NCBI RefSeq assembly: GCF_964204645.1
Contig: NC_134026.1
Location: forward strand, 15,782,150-15,846,149
Source: Tubulanus polymorphus
Lineage: Eukaryota > Animalia > Nemertea
Direction: 5' to 3'
DNA: 64,000 bases
Under the pieces are notes generated by a model. That model did not search any database and was not told the DNA's origin. It saw only the letters and a program-made list of their open reading frames with translations. The position numbers were made by a program, and so were the translations under genes. Positions 1-13,360 of the stretch are shown in pieces (within the stretch, counting starts at the first letter, position 1; each line of letters opens with the position of its first letter).

Positions 1-52
1 ATTTTGGGATGGCCTAAAATTCATATGATGTCACATATCAGAGGGTGGCTTA

Positions 53-677
53 CCGTATTTTCCAGCCAATAAGCCGACTCGGCCAATAAGCCGAGGGCAG
101 TTTTTTAGCCTAAAATACATGGATTTCATAAAGCTTGGCCCAATAAGCCGAGGCCCTTCATCAGAGATTTTAATTCACTGATTTGTCAATTAGTTCGTCT
201 TAATTGACGATTTAAGAGGCTGACAGTAGCGCCCGCCGATGTGTAAGAGTGCTGTGTATACTATCATCGCCGAGTGACTGTGCTATATATAGACTCACTC
301 AGCTGATTACTATACACACAGCCATACACGCAGTACGCGGCTCACTGCTGATTTGCATATATACTAATGTATGAACTGACACGTGGTAGTACGATGAACT
401 CGCGCGTTATATAAATGTATACCATTGCCGCTGTGCGGTGATGGAACAATCAAAGTAAAAATAAAATCGTTCAAAATAGATTACAATTGGTAGTAAATAA
501 TGACCTCAAATAAATATCGACCACTTTTCTTGATTTTGACGATCATTGAGAGCATTAGAGTGGCATAGATCAGGAAGTGATTTTTTATGTCAGATCGTAT
601 CCGCCCAATAAGCCGATCACGATATTTTGGGTAAAAATCTGAGGCTAGAAAATCGGCTTATTGGCCGGAAAATACGG
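53..677. mobile_element. Tc1/mariner-pogo-type MITE
   Basis: TIR CCGTATTTTCC(A/G)GCCAATAAGCCG at both ends; TA at 51-52 and 678-679; internal ccaataagccg repeats. Confidence 0.8.
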
Positions 678-1504
678 TAATATTGGGTCTTGGAAACCTC
701 TTCCAATGTTGGCCACGGAAGCTAAAATACCGGTACAGAAGAAATCGGCTATTAGATCGTTTTAAATCCTGGAATTTACCACTGCAATATTCAGACCTCG
801 ACAGACCTTATAGTTTGCTGCTTAGTATTTTCAGGTCACAAGAAATAACAATTTGATTACAAATTCTATCGAACAGGAAACACAGTGCTCATCTTCTGCT
901 ACGATTATTCAGCCTATTTTCAAGTCAAACGTTCACGCGTTACAGCATCACCGGTAGTGTACTGAACGAGCTTGTGTGTGTGTGGTGTAGCACTCCGCGT
1001 GCATGTGGAGGCCTAGTGTAAGTGAATATCGCTTACACCTCAATGTCAATCAAAACAATCACCGGGTATTAAAATGAAACAATACCTATGGCAGATGAGT
1101 GAAATAATTACATCCTCACCAGCAATGAGCATTTGAAATCGGCACGTATACGGCACCTAGTACAATGAAACGTACGCCATTCTATAGCTTTCCCATAATT
1201 ATTTTAGTAGCGCCGGAATTCCCTGTATATCCCAAAAACAGCCTCCCATTCGCTCGTAGAGACGACGCCCCCCAATCGAGGTCATTACAATTTTATACGC
1301 TAGAGCTAAGAATTTTCCCGCCAAAAACAGTTTTTCGTAGAATTTTAACTCAGTTGACCATGTCATCAACGAAGGTTCGCCATGTCTTCAATAGCATCGA
1401 TTATACGTCGTTTAAGCTGAGAACCAATGAAACAAATGCTCACATAAAAAATCGTACCGTGATTTTACATGAATTGGCTCAATGCCAACATCATATCGCT
1501 GACA

Positions 1505-2225
1505 AAGGTAAACCAAAAACCCAATAACCTTGTAACTCAACACAATCATAGAACATGTCATGAACTACAACTTTGCAATTGATCATGGTAACAAAATATG
1601 CCTAGGTACCAATATAATAAGGAAATACTAAGTTAGTCTACCATTCAACGCCCCCTGGTGACCATATAGAATAACTTATTTCCTTAAAACTCACCACAAT
1701 CATAGACGATGTTATGAGCTACAACTTTGCAATTGATTGTGGTAACAAAATATGTATTGGTACAAATATAATATAGAAATACTAAGATATTGCATTATTC
1801 AACGCCCCCTGGTGGCCATACACAAAAACCAATGAACTTGAAACTCACCACAATCATAGAACACGTTATAAGCTGTCTTTTATACCTGTCTCAGGTATAA
1901 AACATCCCTTTCCAAAGAATACCCATCAGCAATTGCAATGAGAAATGGCAAACCAGTAGGAAGCTACAGAACTCAGAATTCGGGCCAACATTGACACTTT
2001 TGGGCACTTAAAAGGTCCTACGACGACCATCTTGAGTCCGATCGACCCAATTTTTTTCAAATATACACGAAAGATCAAGGTAATTGATCAAGGTGTGTTC
2101 AAAATTTCCCTCAAAAACTTCCAAAAATAACTGGATTCCGTCTACGGACAGACGGACGGACGGGCAAACGGACGAAAAGTGAACTCAATGGCCCGCTGGG
2201 ACTAAAGTCCCAAGTGGGCTAATAA
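1505..2225. mobile_element. Partial copy of the same HINE-like family (SMOX intron)
   Basis: 154-bp-type monomers (caacgccccctggtg) plus tail ending gggactaaagtcccaagtgggctaa. Confidence 0.7.
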
Positions 2226-2699
2226 AGAACTGAGATGCCATAAAATGCATGAGAGGTCAATCACTTGAAAATTCAACTAGAAAGCTATTAATAAGAATGC
2301 ATAAAAACGTGGAATCGCAACATAGGATCATGGATACAGGCAAATGAAGCTTTATCAGCATTTATCTATCGGAGTATCATATTATGATACAGCGTTATGA
2401 CCATATATCCAAGGCAGTAGAAATACTACAAGTGTTGTTCGTTTAATGGCAGGATTTTTACTAGCAACGATGCTTACATGGTCTTCCACCATAAAAATCA
2501 TTTCATCTGGGAACCATGGCATTTAAATTCACTCCATTTAATTAGTATTAGGCTCAGTCTACAGCTGGCCTAAAAACTAGCTGGAAACTTCAGTCCGAAA
2601 GAACTTTTACTAACTCCAATTCAAGGTCAATAGTTCAGGGAAAGACTGCTTATAACAAGTCAAAATTCTTCATGCCATTCAGACGAGTATTTAACTTAC

Positions 2700-2829
2700 T
2701 TAGTGACTTTCACAGGGAGTGGAATATCAGATCTTTTGAGGAATTTCCGTAGCGCTTCAACGCAAGCACGTCCCACCTCTTCTTCTGACAATGATTCCAT
2801 GTACATTGCTTCTTTACCAGAAAGCCAAC
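2700..2829 (-). CDS. Polyamine oxidase exon not in the ORF track (GWLSGKEAMYMESLSEEEVGRACVEALRKFLKRSDIPLPVKVT)
   Basis: Acceptor ccattttcag, donor GTAAGT at 2699-2694; joins the previous exon in phase 1; matches the GW.SG..A..ME.LS.EEV segment of PAO enzymes. Confidence 0.88.
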
Positions 2830-5800
2830 CTGAAAATGGAAAGAACAATTTGGTAAAATTGTGATGATCTTAGAAACTGGAAGCAACCTTTCTATGATGA
2901 ATATCTGCAGTGAAGCCATAACACAAATCACAATTGAACTAGGGGTCTCCGGGTACGCATGCCATGGCCACTTGCAATGTTGTTGGTAAGAACAATACAC
3001 TACGCAGACCCACATTCAGGGATGAAAATAAGGCGTTGAAAAATGCTGTAATATTAGAAGTAAAATTATTAGGCAAACTATTGCTGGCCACTAAAATTTT
3101 CAAATTTATAGGGGTTATTGAGATGTGAGGCCCATTTTCCAGCGATGATCCATGACAAAATAAGACTGGTACCCGGGGATCGTTTGTTGTTTATGTTTTG
3201 AGCCAATGAAAAGCCAAATCTCCAGGACATGTTCATACTTCAATACACTTGTCAATAAATAAACTAGAGTCCAAAGAGAAGCCCCTATCTACAATTATCC
3301 TATGTATCACTCAAAACAAGTGAACGGTGCCTGATAAAACAATGACTTACTTTTTTGAGCCATAGGCTATGCTTTTCATCACGAATTTAAATGAAAATTG
3401 TCCAACCATTTGGAAGCTACAGGTATCGAAATTCATGGCAAAAATGACCTTTCTGGGAACAAGAAAAAGGTCACATGAAGGCTATTTTGTGTTTTTTAAA
3501 ACTGATATTTTTGCATTCAGATTTTTGCAAAAAGCTCATGTTAATGTATGAGCCCTTTTTCAAAATTCAGCTTCCTAGGATTTGGAGAATGAATAATACT
3601 TCAGTGGATGATTTGTATGAATACATGCTCAGTTGCAGTCAAAGGGCAATTCCTCTGTAAACCACGTCTTTTAAATTCACTCCATTCGTATAGTAATAGG
3701 CTCAGCCTACTGCTATGTGCGATAAGTGCTACCGGTATATAAAACTACCATTCGCAGATATAAAGGGAGAAGGGAATTCTGTGAAAATTTCCAGTTACAT
3801 CGTAATGTTTGGTATATTTTCATGAAAATTTCTTCCATTCGGAAAACGCCTGAATTCGGCGGCGCCTATTAGGCTAAACAAAAGTTCTATCTGGTTTCTC
3901 CTAGTTATTTGGATCAGTTGTAGCTAATTAGCTAGAAAATGTACAGTATAAAAGACGTGTATCTATACTAGGCGGAGCTACACCAGGGTATCACAGGGGA
4001 TGCCACCTACATAGCTGCAGCTGCAGCTGCAGAGCTGGCGGTAATGTGGCCGCAAGCCATGAATTTCAGGAAACCAAAGCGTCATGACAAAATGCAAGCA
4101 AACCGCACATTTACTACACGATGCCCATGCGATGACGTGATCACTGCGGACAAGCCGCTTCCACGAAGCGAACGACGATTCATTACATCCTAAACAATAC
4201 TTAAACACCTGTTCGGTGTTTTCTATATGCGAATAAGTATTGCATAAAATTCATAATAAGGCCTAGTACAATCTAGCTTCCAAATTCATATGCGAAATAT
4301 TTTCAAATCAATATTTCTATTCATACATTATAGATTTAGAATACAAGTTTCGGCAAAGGAAAATGTGTTACTAAACGGTCTACCGACAGCACTCCGTAGA
4401 AGGTGCCTGTAGCTCTGATTGGTTGTTAATGAGGAATCTCTCGTCAAAATGTCATAAATGTAGGTCATCAAATGACATCTATGCCATGAAACCGACGATT
4501 GGAAGATCAGTGGGAAAAATCTGCCGTAAAAAAAATTTTTTTTGGCATAAATCTCAAATGAATCGATAACTACGATCTTGGTTCTTTGCATGCGGCTGGG
4601 CGCTCATTACATGAACCGTTTGTCCTCATAAAAATCAACACCATTATTGGCATCAAATTTTGTGTCAAGAAAGAGCGGATGCACTCACTCAAAGGTAACG
4701 GCATCTGTAAACCAAAAACTAATCCTGCATTAAGGTTCGATGAACAAACCTATGGCTGTGTCTCAATTCCCAGGACCTGACATAAAAGGATCTCTTGGCA
4801 CCATATAATCCAACGGTTACAGGGCACAAATTTAATTAGCTAGAAAATAGACCAACCAAAAGGAACGCCCTAACTTATAATAAAGCCTAGTAGTACAATC
4901 AAGCTTCCAAACTCATTCTTAAAATCAAAGTAAGCCTTTCATCCCCAGATTAGAGTAGTTCTGTTCGGATGGCAACGTACATCACAACGAAACAATGGAT
5001 TTAAGCAGTCAAAACATATGTTGCATCTTCCACGTGCCATAGAAATAAGATGATCGGTGTAGGTGGCTCCATCCGTACTGATGGCTGGCTTACTCTGTAA
5101 GTCATTTATGGCAGGTGCCATTTGGCTAAAGCAATCTGGCTATTATGTCAGTACAGGGTACCTTTTTGGACGGGAATACAGAATGGTATGCGAATTTGAA
5201 GCCGTTGTTCATCGAAATCGGTGAAGAAATTTATGTTGCACTTAACATGTCCAAATCAGCAAAAACTGGCTGCATAGCATTTTTGGTCCAGGTGATTTTC
5301 AGCCATAAATTTGTGTTTAAAGACAAATAATTCATGAACTATTCATTGGAAGTCAGCAGGATTAGGTTAGCCATGGAAGATAGGGAGGAATAACGATAGC
5401 GTAGTTAAACACATAAGATTACAATTGGCCAAAATGGCCATCAGTCAGCCATTTGGGATTCTTTTGTAAAATATACATGACAGGTGTGCAACGACATACC
5501 ATGCTCAATATGTGCTGTAAGTTTACACACGCACAAACAGCAGATAATTTGTAGTAGCCGTGTTAACCGAGATGAGTAGTACTATAGGCCTATAAGTTAA
5601 CTATTTATTTGACGCAGAAGCTTTTTCAGCGCTGCTAAGACGTACGCCTAAAACGATTTACAATCTAAAGTTGACGAATGTCCAATTGCAACTCGCAAAC
5701 TAGGCCACAGATCAACATGGAATTGTCAATAATGTAAAATATACTTATTACCTTTCTTTGGAAGTTTATTTTAACGGTTAATTTTCAGTATTCCATGCCA

Positions 5801-8800
5801 ATCCTAATAAGCAGTTTAGACTTGTTTTAGGTCTAAAATGGATTAGACGCTTGTCTTATTGCAAGGGCCAGCAAGATGGGAAGAGGAAAATCGATATACA
5901 TATTGACTTTCAAACCTTCAAAGGAGCAATCAAAATCAAACGGCAACTCTGTTTCAATAATCATATTTATCATCAGATAATAATATACATATATTAAAAG
6001 ATAGGATAGGAGCTAGGCCTAATCATATCAGAAGTTTGTCTTAGAATATTTATAGACCTAGTTGAAACGTGTTTTTCTAAAAAATCGATAATTCCTGCTT
6101 CAATGAGTCATTCTGTGGGTTAAATTTGTCCAAATACACGGCCCAGCTCATAGACTAGTCAATCCCAGGCTAATAATTTACACAATTCAATCGTGTTTTC
6201 ATAAGTAGCACAGACAGCGACTGGAGCTGGCAGGAACAAATACCTCAGATAAATATTTTCCCTTGGTCTTATTGATTTGAGTGCGGAATAGAATTTTTTC
6301 TGAAATTTGCTCAATAAAACAAAATTGAAAAGATTTGCTGTTTTACCTTGTTCAATAAAGAAACATTGATTTCTTGCAGAATAAAATTTGATTGAATTCG
6401 CAGTTTGAGCACATGGCTAATTAGCATATCAAGGTCATCCATCCGATTTGAGAAAAAGCTATTTTTCCCGGAGCACAATTGTCAATGTTATTTTCTGTCG
6501 TGCAAATAAAGATATTCCTCCCAAAAACCAAATCAACTAAAGATTTTCACACAAATCGATATTGAAATACAATTTCAGATCTTAGAATAAAACCCGGAAG
6601 TAAAACGGTAGACGATACCGCGGGTTCACGTGAACACATGCTGATCTCTGCGGCTAAGATAATCATAGAGGAGTCTTTGCTTTCTGATTGGCTTTTTAAA
6701 ACAGATATTTTTGCGATCAGAATTTCGCAAAAAAGCTCATATAAACTTTTACGAGGCCCTCTTTCAAAATTCAACTTCATAGGGGTTGGAGAATTGATAA
6801 TGCTCTAATGAATGATTTGTATGAATATATGCTCAGTTGCACAGTCAATGAGCCTTAGCTCTGCAAACCATGTCATATAAATTCGCTCCATTTGTTCAGC
6901 TTACGGCTGGCCTAAAAATGTGTAAAAAGTGCTGAATTTGGCGAACAACAATGGCAGCCAGTCGGCCATCTTGAATCTGAGAGGGCCAGTTTTTGGGCTG
7001 AAGAAGTGTCTGGGGTAGATACATGTATAAACCTGATATCAAGACATTACCTTGAAGTGTCTTCAAAACTTCCCAAAATAACTGGATTCCGTCTACGGAC
7101 GGACAACGGATGAAAAGTTAATGCAATAGCCCCCTGGGACTAAAGTCCCACGAGGGCTGAAAAAAGAGTTTTATAATTTGACAATTCCTGAAGATGATAT
7201 TTTATTAAGCACACTCATATGAATAACACTCACCAACTAGAACATTGTCGTGGACAACTTCAAATGAATAGATTTTTCTATACCATGTGTGCTTCATATC
7301 GCCATCGGGAACTTGTGAGCGATCCCAAAGCAGCTGAATCATTCGCAAATCAGAGTCTATAATAGGTGATTTGAATTCTAATATAATTTTGTCCACAACG
7401 CCAAATTCCAATCTTTGAATGGCTAAGATTTTATTGGGTGGAAGTGAAGGAGCAAATAATCTCTGTGAGTTATCTTTGAGGCAACCTAGGGATATAGATA
7501 CTATCACATGGTCTGCATAAAACTTTTCACCATTCATACATTCTGCACATACTTGTTCTTTTTCCCAGAAAATTGTTCGAACCGGATGATTAAGTAAAAC
7601 GTTTTCAGATGGAATAGATTCTTTGAGAACATCTATAACTCTCTCAAATCCTGGAGGAATTGTATAATGAATACCTGGCAGCTCCTCATAACTTCCAATT
7701 TCAGCTAATGACAAATCTTGAAGATCATGACATCCACTTATACATGTTTCCAAGGATTTTCTCTGTTCATAAAGTAATTCTCTATGCTTTTTCTCAGTAC
7801 CTTTATATCGTTTAAATAGTGGTAGCATATGAGAGTCAAGGAATTCACCTACAGATTCATTTTCATGAGGCGCCGGCTCACCATTGTTAAAGAAGTCCTC
7901 ACACTTTTGCATAAGTTTACCATATTCCCAATCTATTTCCTTAACTATAGTTTGATTGATAATTTCTCCATCTTCAGTTAATGGCAATATTCGATTTCGG
8001 AGATTACATCGCTGACGTAGTTGTAAGAGATCATGTTCATCTGCTATACGATATATAGGATTATTCTCAACGCCATGAATCCAGTTCGCACCCAATTCCA
8101 CTTTTTCAATTGCCAAATCTAAAAAAGAAGAAATTTCATTTCTTAAATTATTTGTGAAAGAATATCAAGGTTGCCAGGACAAGGTCAAAATCATTTCATC
8201 CCTCAAGATCTAAAAGCATATGGCAGATTTCATTTTAATGTGTGCCACCCTGTGAGATAAAAATCTTCAATCTCTTTAATGCATTAAATTTATTGGTGTA
8301 TGCTAAAGATCTATTAATCCTCTTTTGATTAAAACATGTTTCATGATAAGTTATGGCTGTTTTCACACAGAATTATTTATTTCAGTTAGACAGTAGTAGA
8401 GTCCAATTATCTGGCGTATGATCTTTGACAGGGCTTCTGTCCGAAAATGAACCTCACACAATAAGATTTTTCACTGCATATGGAAAGAATTATCATATAC
8501 TACGTGAAAATAATAATCATTTTTGACACTCCATTGCCTGAAAACAGCAGCAGATGACTAAAGTAACGAACCTCAGGTGACGGATTATCAACCAAAATAA
8601 GTTGAAACTAGAAAGAAACTTTTTAATAGAACGACGACGGAGAATAGAAATAAAAACTCAAACTCAGGGTGAAGATGAGTTAGGTTGGTTGGTATGGCTT
8701 ACATACTGTCGTGTTTTTCAAACATGTTTGCAAACAGGGGCGGATTTAGACCGTGTCGACCGTGTGGCCCAACACGGTCGGAATTTTAAAGTGCCTTTTT

Positions 8801-9777
8801 ATTTTTTCTCTGTATCAAAATATGCCGTTGTAACCACCTGAGATAAACAATAGATATTTTTCCTAAATATATAGGCTAACCCATATGTTTCTTCGCTAAA
8901 TGCCTCTCAGAGATGCTCAGAAAGCTCTAAAATGATAGTAAAATTTTTTTTTAAAGTTGTCCTTCATGGCAGCCATATCGGTGGAATTATCAAGTGCGAA
9001 AGTAAATTTCTGATAGACTTTATCTGTGGAACTACCCCATTATAGCCCCAATTTTCAAGTCACACGTTATTTCAAGTGTGTAGAACGCTTACAATAAATT
9101 TAAGATGTCCACCATGGCTGCCATATATTGGAAGAGCGAAAAGACTAATTTTTGATGTTTCATCCATGAGTCAACCTAATTACACAAACTAAGTTTTTAA
9201 AGAAATCGCACATCATTTGATGTGTGTAGAGCGCTAACAAGAAATTCAAGATTACCACTGTGGCAGAAATATTTGAATAGCAAGAAAGCTTATTTTCAAA
9301 ATGAATGGATAGAAAATAGATGGATAGTAGAGAGTTAGATCTACTGGTTCAGTGAGATTTATATTTCTGTTATAATTGAACATTACATTTACATGCTGTT
9401 ACCAATTGGGTCTGATAGAAGCAAGATTTTTTTACATTTGCTGTCTGAAAAGGGGAAAAGTAATAACAATCAACATACAATAAGAGTTTCCTGACCGTCC
9501 AGAGAAAATCTGTATAATTATTCTGATTTTCCCAGAAAACCCTAATCATTAATTTTTGGAAACAGAAAAAAAATTGATTGCACTCACCCTCAAGACCAAC
9601 TGGACGTTCCAATTCTTGCCCTTGAACATCAATAGTCCATATTCTGCCTCCAGTTCTGCTAGTTGCTTCCAAAATTTTCACGTCAGTGCAACCTTGCCTT
9701 ATTAATAAGTCTGCAGCTGCCAGCCCAGCGATACCTCCCCCAATGATAATTACTTTTGGAGAAAAGTCAGTTGCCAT
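2700..9777 (-). CDS. SMOX: Spermine oxidase / polyamine oxidase-like FAD amine oxidase, spliced: join(9777-9588, 8118-7234, 2829-2700); 3'-partial (SMOX vs PAOX orthology not resolvable by eye)
   Basis: Spliced translation MATDFSPKVIIIGGGIAGLAAA..KILEATSRTGGRIWT..VELGANWIHG..ADHVIVSISLGCLK..LEFGVVDKIILEF..VLVGWLSGKEAMYMESLSEEEVGRACVEALRKFL; all junctions are GT-AG and keep frame. Confidence 0.9.
6915..7165. repeat. Tail fragment of the HINE-like family (another short tail at 12165-12235)
   Basis: Near-identical to 10865-11110. Confidence 0.7.
7234..8118 (-). CDS. Polyamine oxidase large internal exon
   Basis: Acceptor tcttttttag before 8118, donor GTGAGT after 7234; phase-1 join gives ..VGLE-D-LAIEKVELGANWIHG. 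Confidence 0.92.
9588..9777 (-). CDS. Polyamine oxidase exon with ATG (FAD-binding GxGxxG and GGR motifs)
   Basis: ATG at 9777; donor GTGAGT at 9587-9582; polypyrimidine acceptor (ttttatccattttag) just upstream of 9820. Confidence 0.9.
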
Positions 9778-9852
9778 GACAGGAATGCTACTGAACTGTC
9801 GCTTACAGTTCTTATGATCTCTAAAATGGATAAAAAGAAATAAGATTAAATG

Positions 9853-11112
9853 AACTAGGGTCCAGGGACACCATGCCCACTTGGGAAGCGGTTCCAAATG
9901 CTCAACAATCTAACAATTTCAATATTCAACGCCCCCTGGTGACCATATACAAAAACCAATGACCTTGAAACTCACTACAATCATAGAACATGTCATGAAC
10001 TACAACTTTGCAATCGATCATGGTAACAAAATATGCCTAGGTACCAATATAATAAGGAAATACTAAGTTAGTCTACTATTCAACGCCCCCTGGTGACCAT
10101 ATACAAAAACCAATGACCTTGAAACTCACCACAATCATAGAACATGTCATGAACTACAACTTTGCAATCGATCATGGTAACAAAATATGCCTAGGTACCA
10201 ATATAATAAGGAAATACTAAGTTAGTCTACTATTCAACGCCCCCTGGTGACCATATAGGAAAAACAAATGTCCTTAAAACTCGCAACAATCATATGATGT
10301 CATGAGCTACAACTTTCCAATTCATTGTGGTTACAAAATATGCATAGGTACGAATATAATAAAGAAATGCGAAGATATTGTATTATTCAACGCCCCCTGG
10401 TGGCCATATACGAAATCCAATTACCTTGAAACTCACCACAGTCATAGAACACATTATGAGCTACAACTTTCTAATTGATTGTGGTAGCAAAATACGTTTA
10501 GGTATCAGTATAATGTGGAAAAACTTTTTCCCACTTATGAATGAGTACTGGTGACACCAAGATGGCTGCCAATTGCGTCATAATTGGCTGATGAAAAATA
10601 CCTGTCTCAGGTATAAAACATCCCTTTCCAAAGAATACCCATCACAAATTGCAATGAGAAATGGCATACCAGTAGGAAGCTACAGGACTCAGAGTTCGGG
10701 CCAAAATTAACATTTTTGGGCACTAAAAAGGTCATAGGACGGCCATCTTGAATCCGATCGACCCAACTTTTGTTATGCTGATGGGCCCTAGGGGGATTCA
10801 CATACATCCGAAAGATTAAGGTAATTGATTAAAGCGTCTTCAAAATTTCCCTCAAAAAGTTAAAAAATGTATAAAAAGTGCTGATTTTGGTGAACAACAA
10901 TGGCTGCCAGTCGGCCATCTTGATTCTGACAGGGCCAGTTTTTGGGTTGAAGATGTGTCTAGGGTAGATACATGTGTAACCCAAATATCAAGACGTAACC
11001 TTGAAGCGTCTTCAAAACTTCCCAAAATAACTGGATTCCGTCTACGCACGGACGACGGACGAAAAGTGAACGCAATAGATCGCTAGGACTAAAGTCCCAA
11101 GTGGGGCTCAAA
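9853..11112. mobile_element. Helentron-associated (HINE/pearl-like) non-autonomous element, most complete copy, with internal 154-bp tandem array
   Basis: Subterminal inverted motif gcccacttggga / tcccaagtggg, terminal palindrome ggactaaagtcc, ggac/gacg microsatellite; array monomers at 9927, 10081, 10235, 10388. Confidence 0.7.
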
Positions 11113-11153
11113 ATCGTGGTACATCTTTGAGGACAAATCGACCTGTATATAAT

Positions 11154-11808
11154 CAGGGATGAGAACGCCGCAGTAAAATCTGCGGGTTTTTTTTCTTGAG
11201 TTGCACACGCGAACCAGCTGACGGCAAAATTAAATTAGAAATTAAATGCGTTTTCCGAGCACTTAGAGCGATCTTGAACCCATGAATGACTATTCTATTT
11301 TGGAAGGTAATGGCTAGTTCCAATGTGGTACATCCTCATTCGATGACATTCAGCATCTCATGCATTACGGGTCAAGCCCTGAATTATTGCAGTAAAAATG
11401 CGCCCATGAATGCTCACTAAAAATCATCACCCAGTAGTGTATAATCTCTGAAGGCGTTCGCCACACACGCACAGCAACAGTAAGTAGGCCTATGTACATT
11501 ACTACTGTTGCCGCACGCGCGTGTCTGCAACCGATCGATAAAATACATACATACTCATCGTAGTACATATGTAGATACAAAATCACTGCGTTGCAGTGAA
11601 TATGCATTGAAATGCGATACTTTTACGTAACGATAAGTAAAACAGGCTCTGAACGCTTTTACGGTTTACCTGATTACCGATCGCGCCAGACCAATTGAAT
11701 GAGATGATCACCACCACCCCCATACTTTTACATCATTTTTGGACAATTTGGAAAATTGATATTTTTCAATACCGAAATCCGCGGATCCGCGGGGAATTCT
11801 CATCCCTG
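11154..11808. mobile_element. Non-autonomous TIR element (hAT/P-like) with 7-bp TSD
   Basis: Termini CAGGGATGAGAA...TTCTCATCCCTG; ATATAAT at 11147-11153 and 11809-11815. Confidence 0.75.
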
Positions 11809-12597
11809 ATATAATAGAAATTGCCTGAAGTCAGTTGCTTTTTGTTTCGCAGAATAAACATTAACGCGCGCCTGCTGAAAGTCACGCGGAACCTCATTAA
11901 CATATTGAACTTTCTAGTTGTGTGCACGGCTGCGAGATGGCGTATCTGACAGGCAAAGGCAGTCTTCTAGGTTATATGGACATATAAATACGGACGATCT
12001 GGCAGGTTTTGACAAAGTGAGGACTTAGTGTATAATCACATTTCAGATAATTTACATTACATTAGAGGACTTGAAAACTGAGGACCCAGTCCATGTCCTC
12101 TGTATTACTACAGGTCCTCTATTTGTTGGTGTCCATAACAATCAAGTGCTCAGTACGTAATGAAGACAGACAGACGGACGGACGAAAAGTGAACGCAATA
12201 GCCCGCTGGGACTAAAGTCCCAAGTGGGCTAAAAAGGACTTAAATAGGAATACAATGGGCTCTTTAAAGTTTGCAAGTAGATATTGGTACCCATTAATAC
12301 TGTGAAATCAGCCTAATATATAAGTGCTGTATATTAAGTTTCACTCAAACTGGTATTGTATGACAGACAGGCCTTTCATCATGGGACATACGAAATTCTC
12401 AATCTAACCCTGACTGTTTTTTATTTGAAAAGTTAATTAAAACAGATAGGGCCTATATATTCCCCGAAATTGAAATGTATATTGTTGTATTCGTATTCGT
12501 TTTGCTATATATTTCCATGTTAAAACGAATTCATCAATTACCATCACTGATAATGTGAAGGTGCCAGCCACAGTAGTCAGTAACCTGTCTGTGGTTT

Positions 12598-13360
12598 AGC
12601 CGATTTCGATAATCCAGGCATGATATGAAAGCTTATAGCTTCCTGCTTCTAACGAAACTAATCCCGTTAACTTCCAATGAATAGTTCGTGAATTATATGT
12701 CTTTGAACGTGAAATTAGGGCCGAAATCGCCTGGACTGAAAATGCTATGACGCCGGTTTCGAAATTTAAAACGATTTTGATGATCGAGGGCTTCAAATGC
12801 GCAAAACATTCTATATTTTCTAAATATTGCGGTTGTTTCGTTACGATCTTCCAACTTCGAAAACGCGAATTTTCCGATTTTACGTCAATTCATGCACTCG
12901 ACACGTGATCTCAATATGGCGTACTTGAACTAGCAATAGGTCCGCAATGAATTTTATTTCGTAACAATTAAATCAAATTATGTTTTATCTTATTTAAGTT
13001 AGAATAAACAAAATCAGGTTATAATAGATTCTGAATTTCATGTAAATATACACAGAAAATAAATTGGAAATAATCGGTTCGGCATTGCGCTAAGCATTGT
13101 GAGAGATGACAGGCGCCATTTTGAGATTGCGCATGGAGTTCGTGAATTGTTTGAAAAGCTGGAAGATCGTATGGATTAACAAAACAACCGCAATACTCAG
13201 AAAATATCAAATGTTTACCGCATTTGAAGCCCTCGATAAATCGACGAAAACTGGCGTCATAGCATTTTTCGGTCCAGGCAATTTCGGTCCAAATTTCGCG
13301 CTCAAAGACATATAATTCACATATAGCTTTCATATCATGCCTGGATTATCAAAATCGGAT
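12598..13360. mobile_element. Foldback/MITE remnant with ~250-bp imperfect inverted arms
   Basis: gataatccaggcatgatatgaaagc (~12610) is inverted at ~13327-13351; related sequence at ~5190-5350. Confidence 0.6.

Noticed and set aside
1-2690. Terminal SMOX exons (RGSYS, FAGEAT, HGA motifs)
   Set aside because: Not found by eye on the minus strand; the region is mostly MITE/HINE, so they likely lie outside the window
2710-3015. 101-aa ORF from the track
   Set aside because: Wrong frame; the overlapping true exon is 2700-2829
4939-5121. Extra SMOX exon or nested small gene
   Set aside because: Flanking SMOX exons already join in frame, and the peptide has no recognisable motif
9370-9897. 175-aa ORF as a complete protein with hydrophobic N-terminus
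   Set aside because: Parts outside 9588-9820 are intron (polypyrimidine tract, HINE end); the real CDS is spliced
9927-10520. Regular repeats as a CRISPR array (also 25698-25810, 48564-49080)
   Set aside because: Whole units repeat with no unique spacers, there are no cas genes, and the context is eukaryotic
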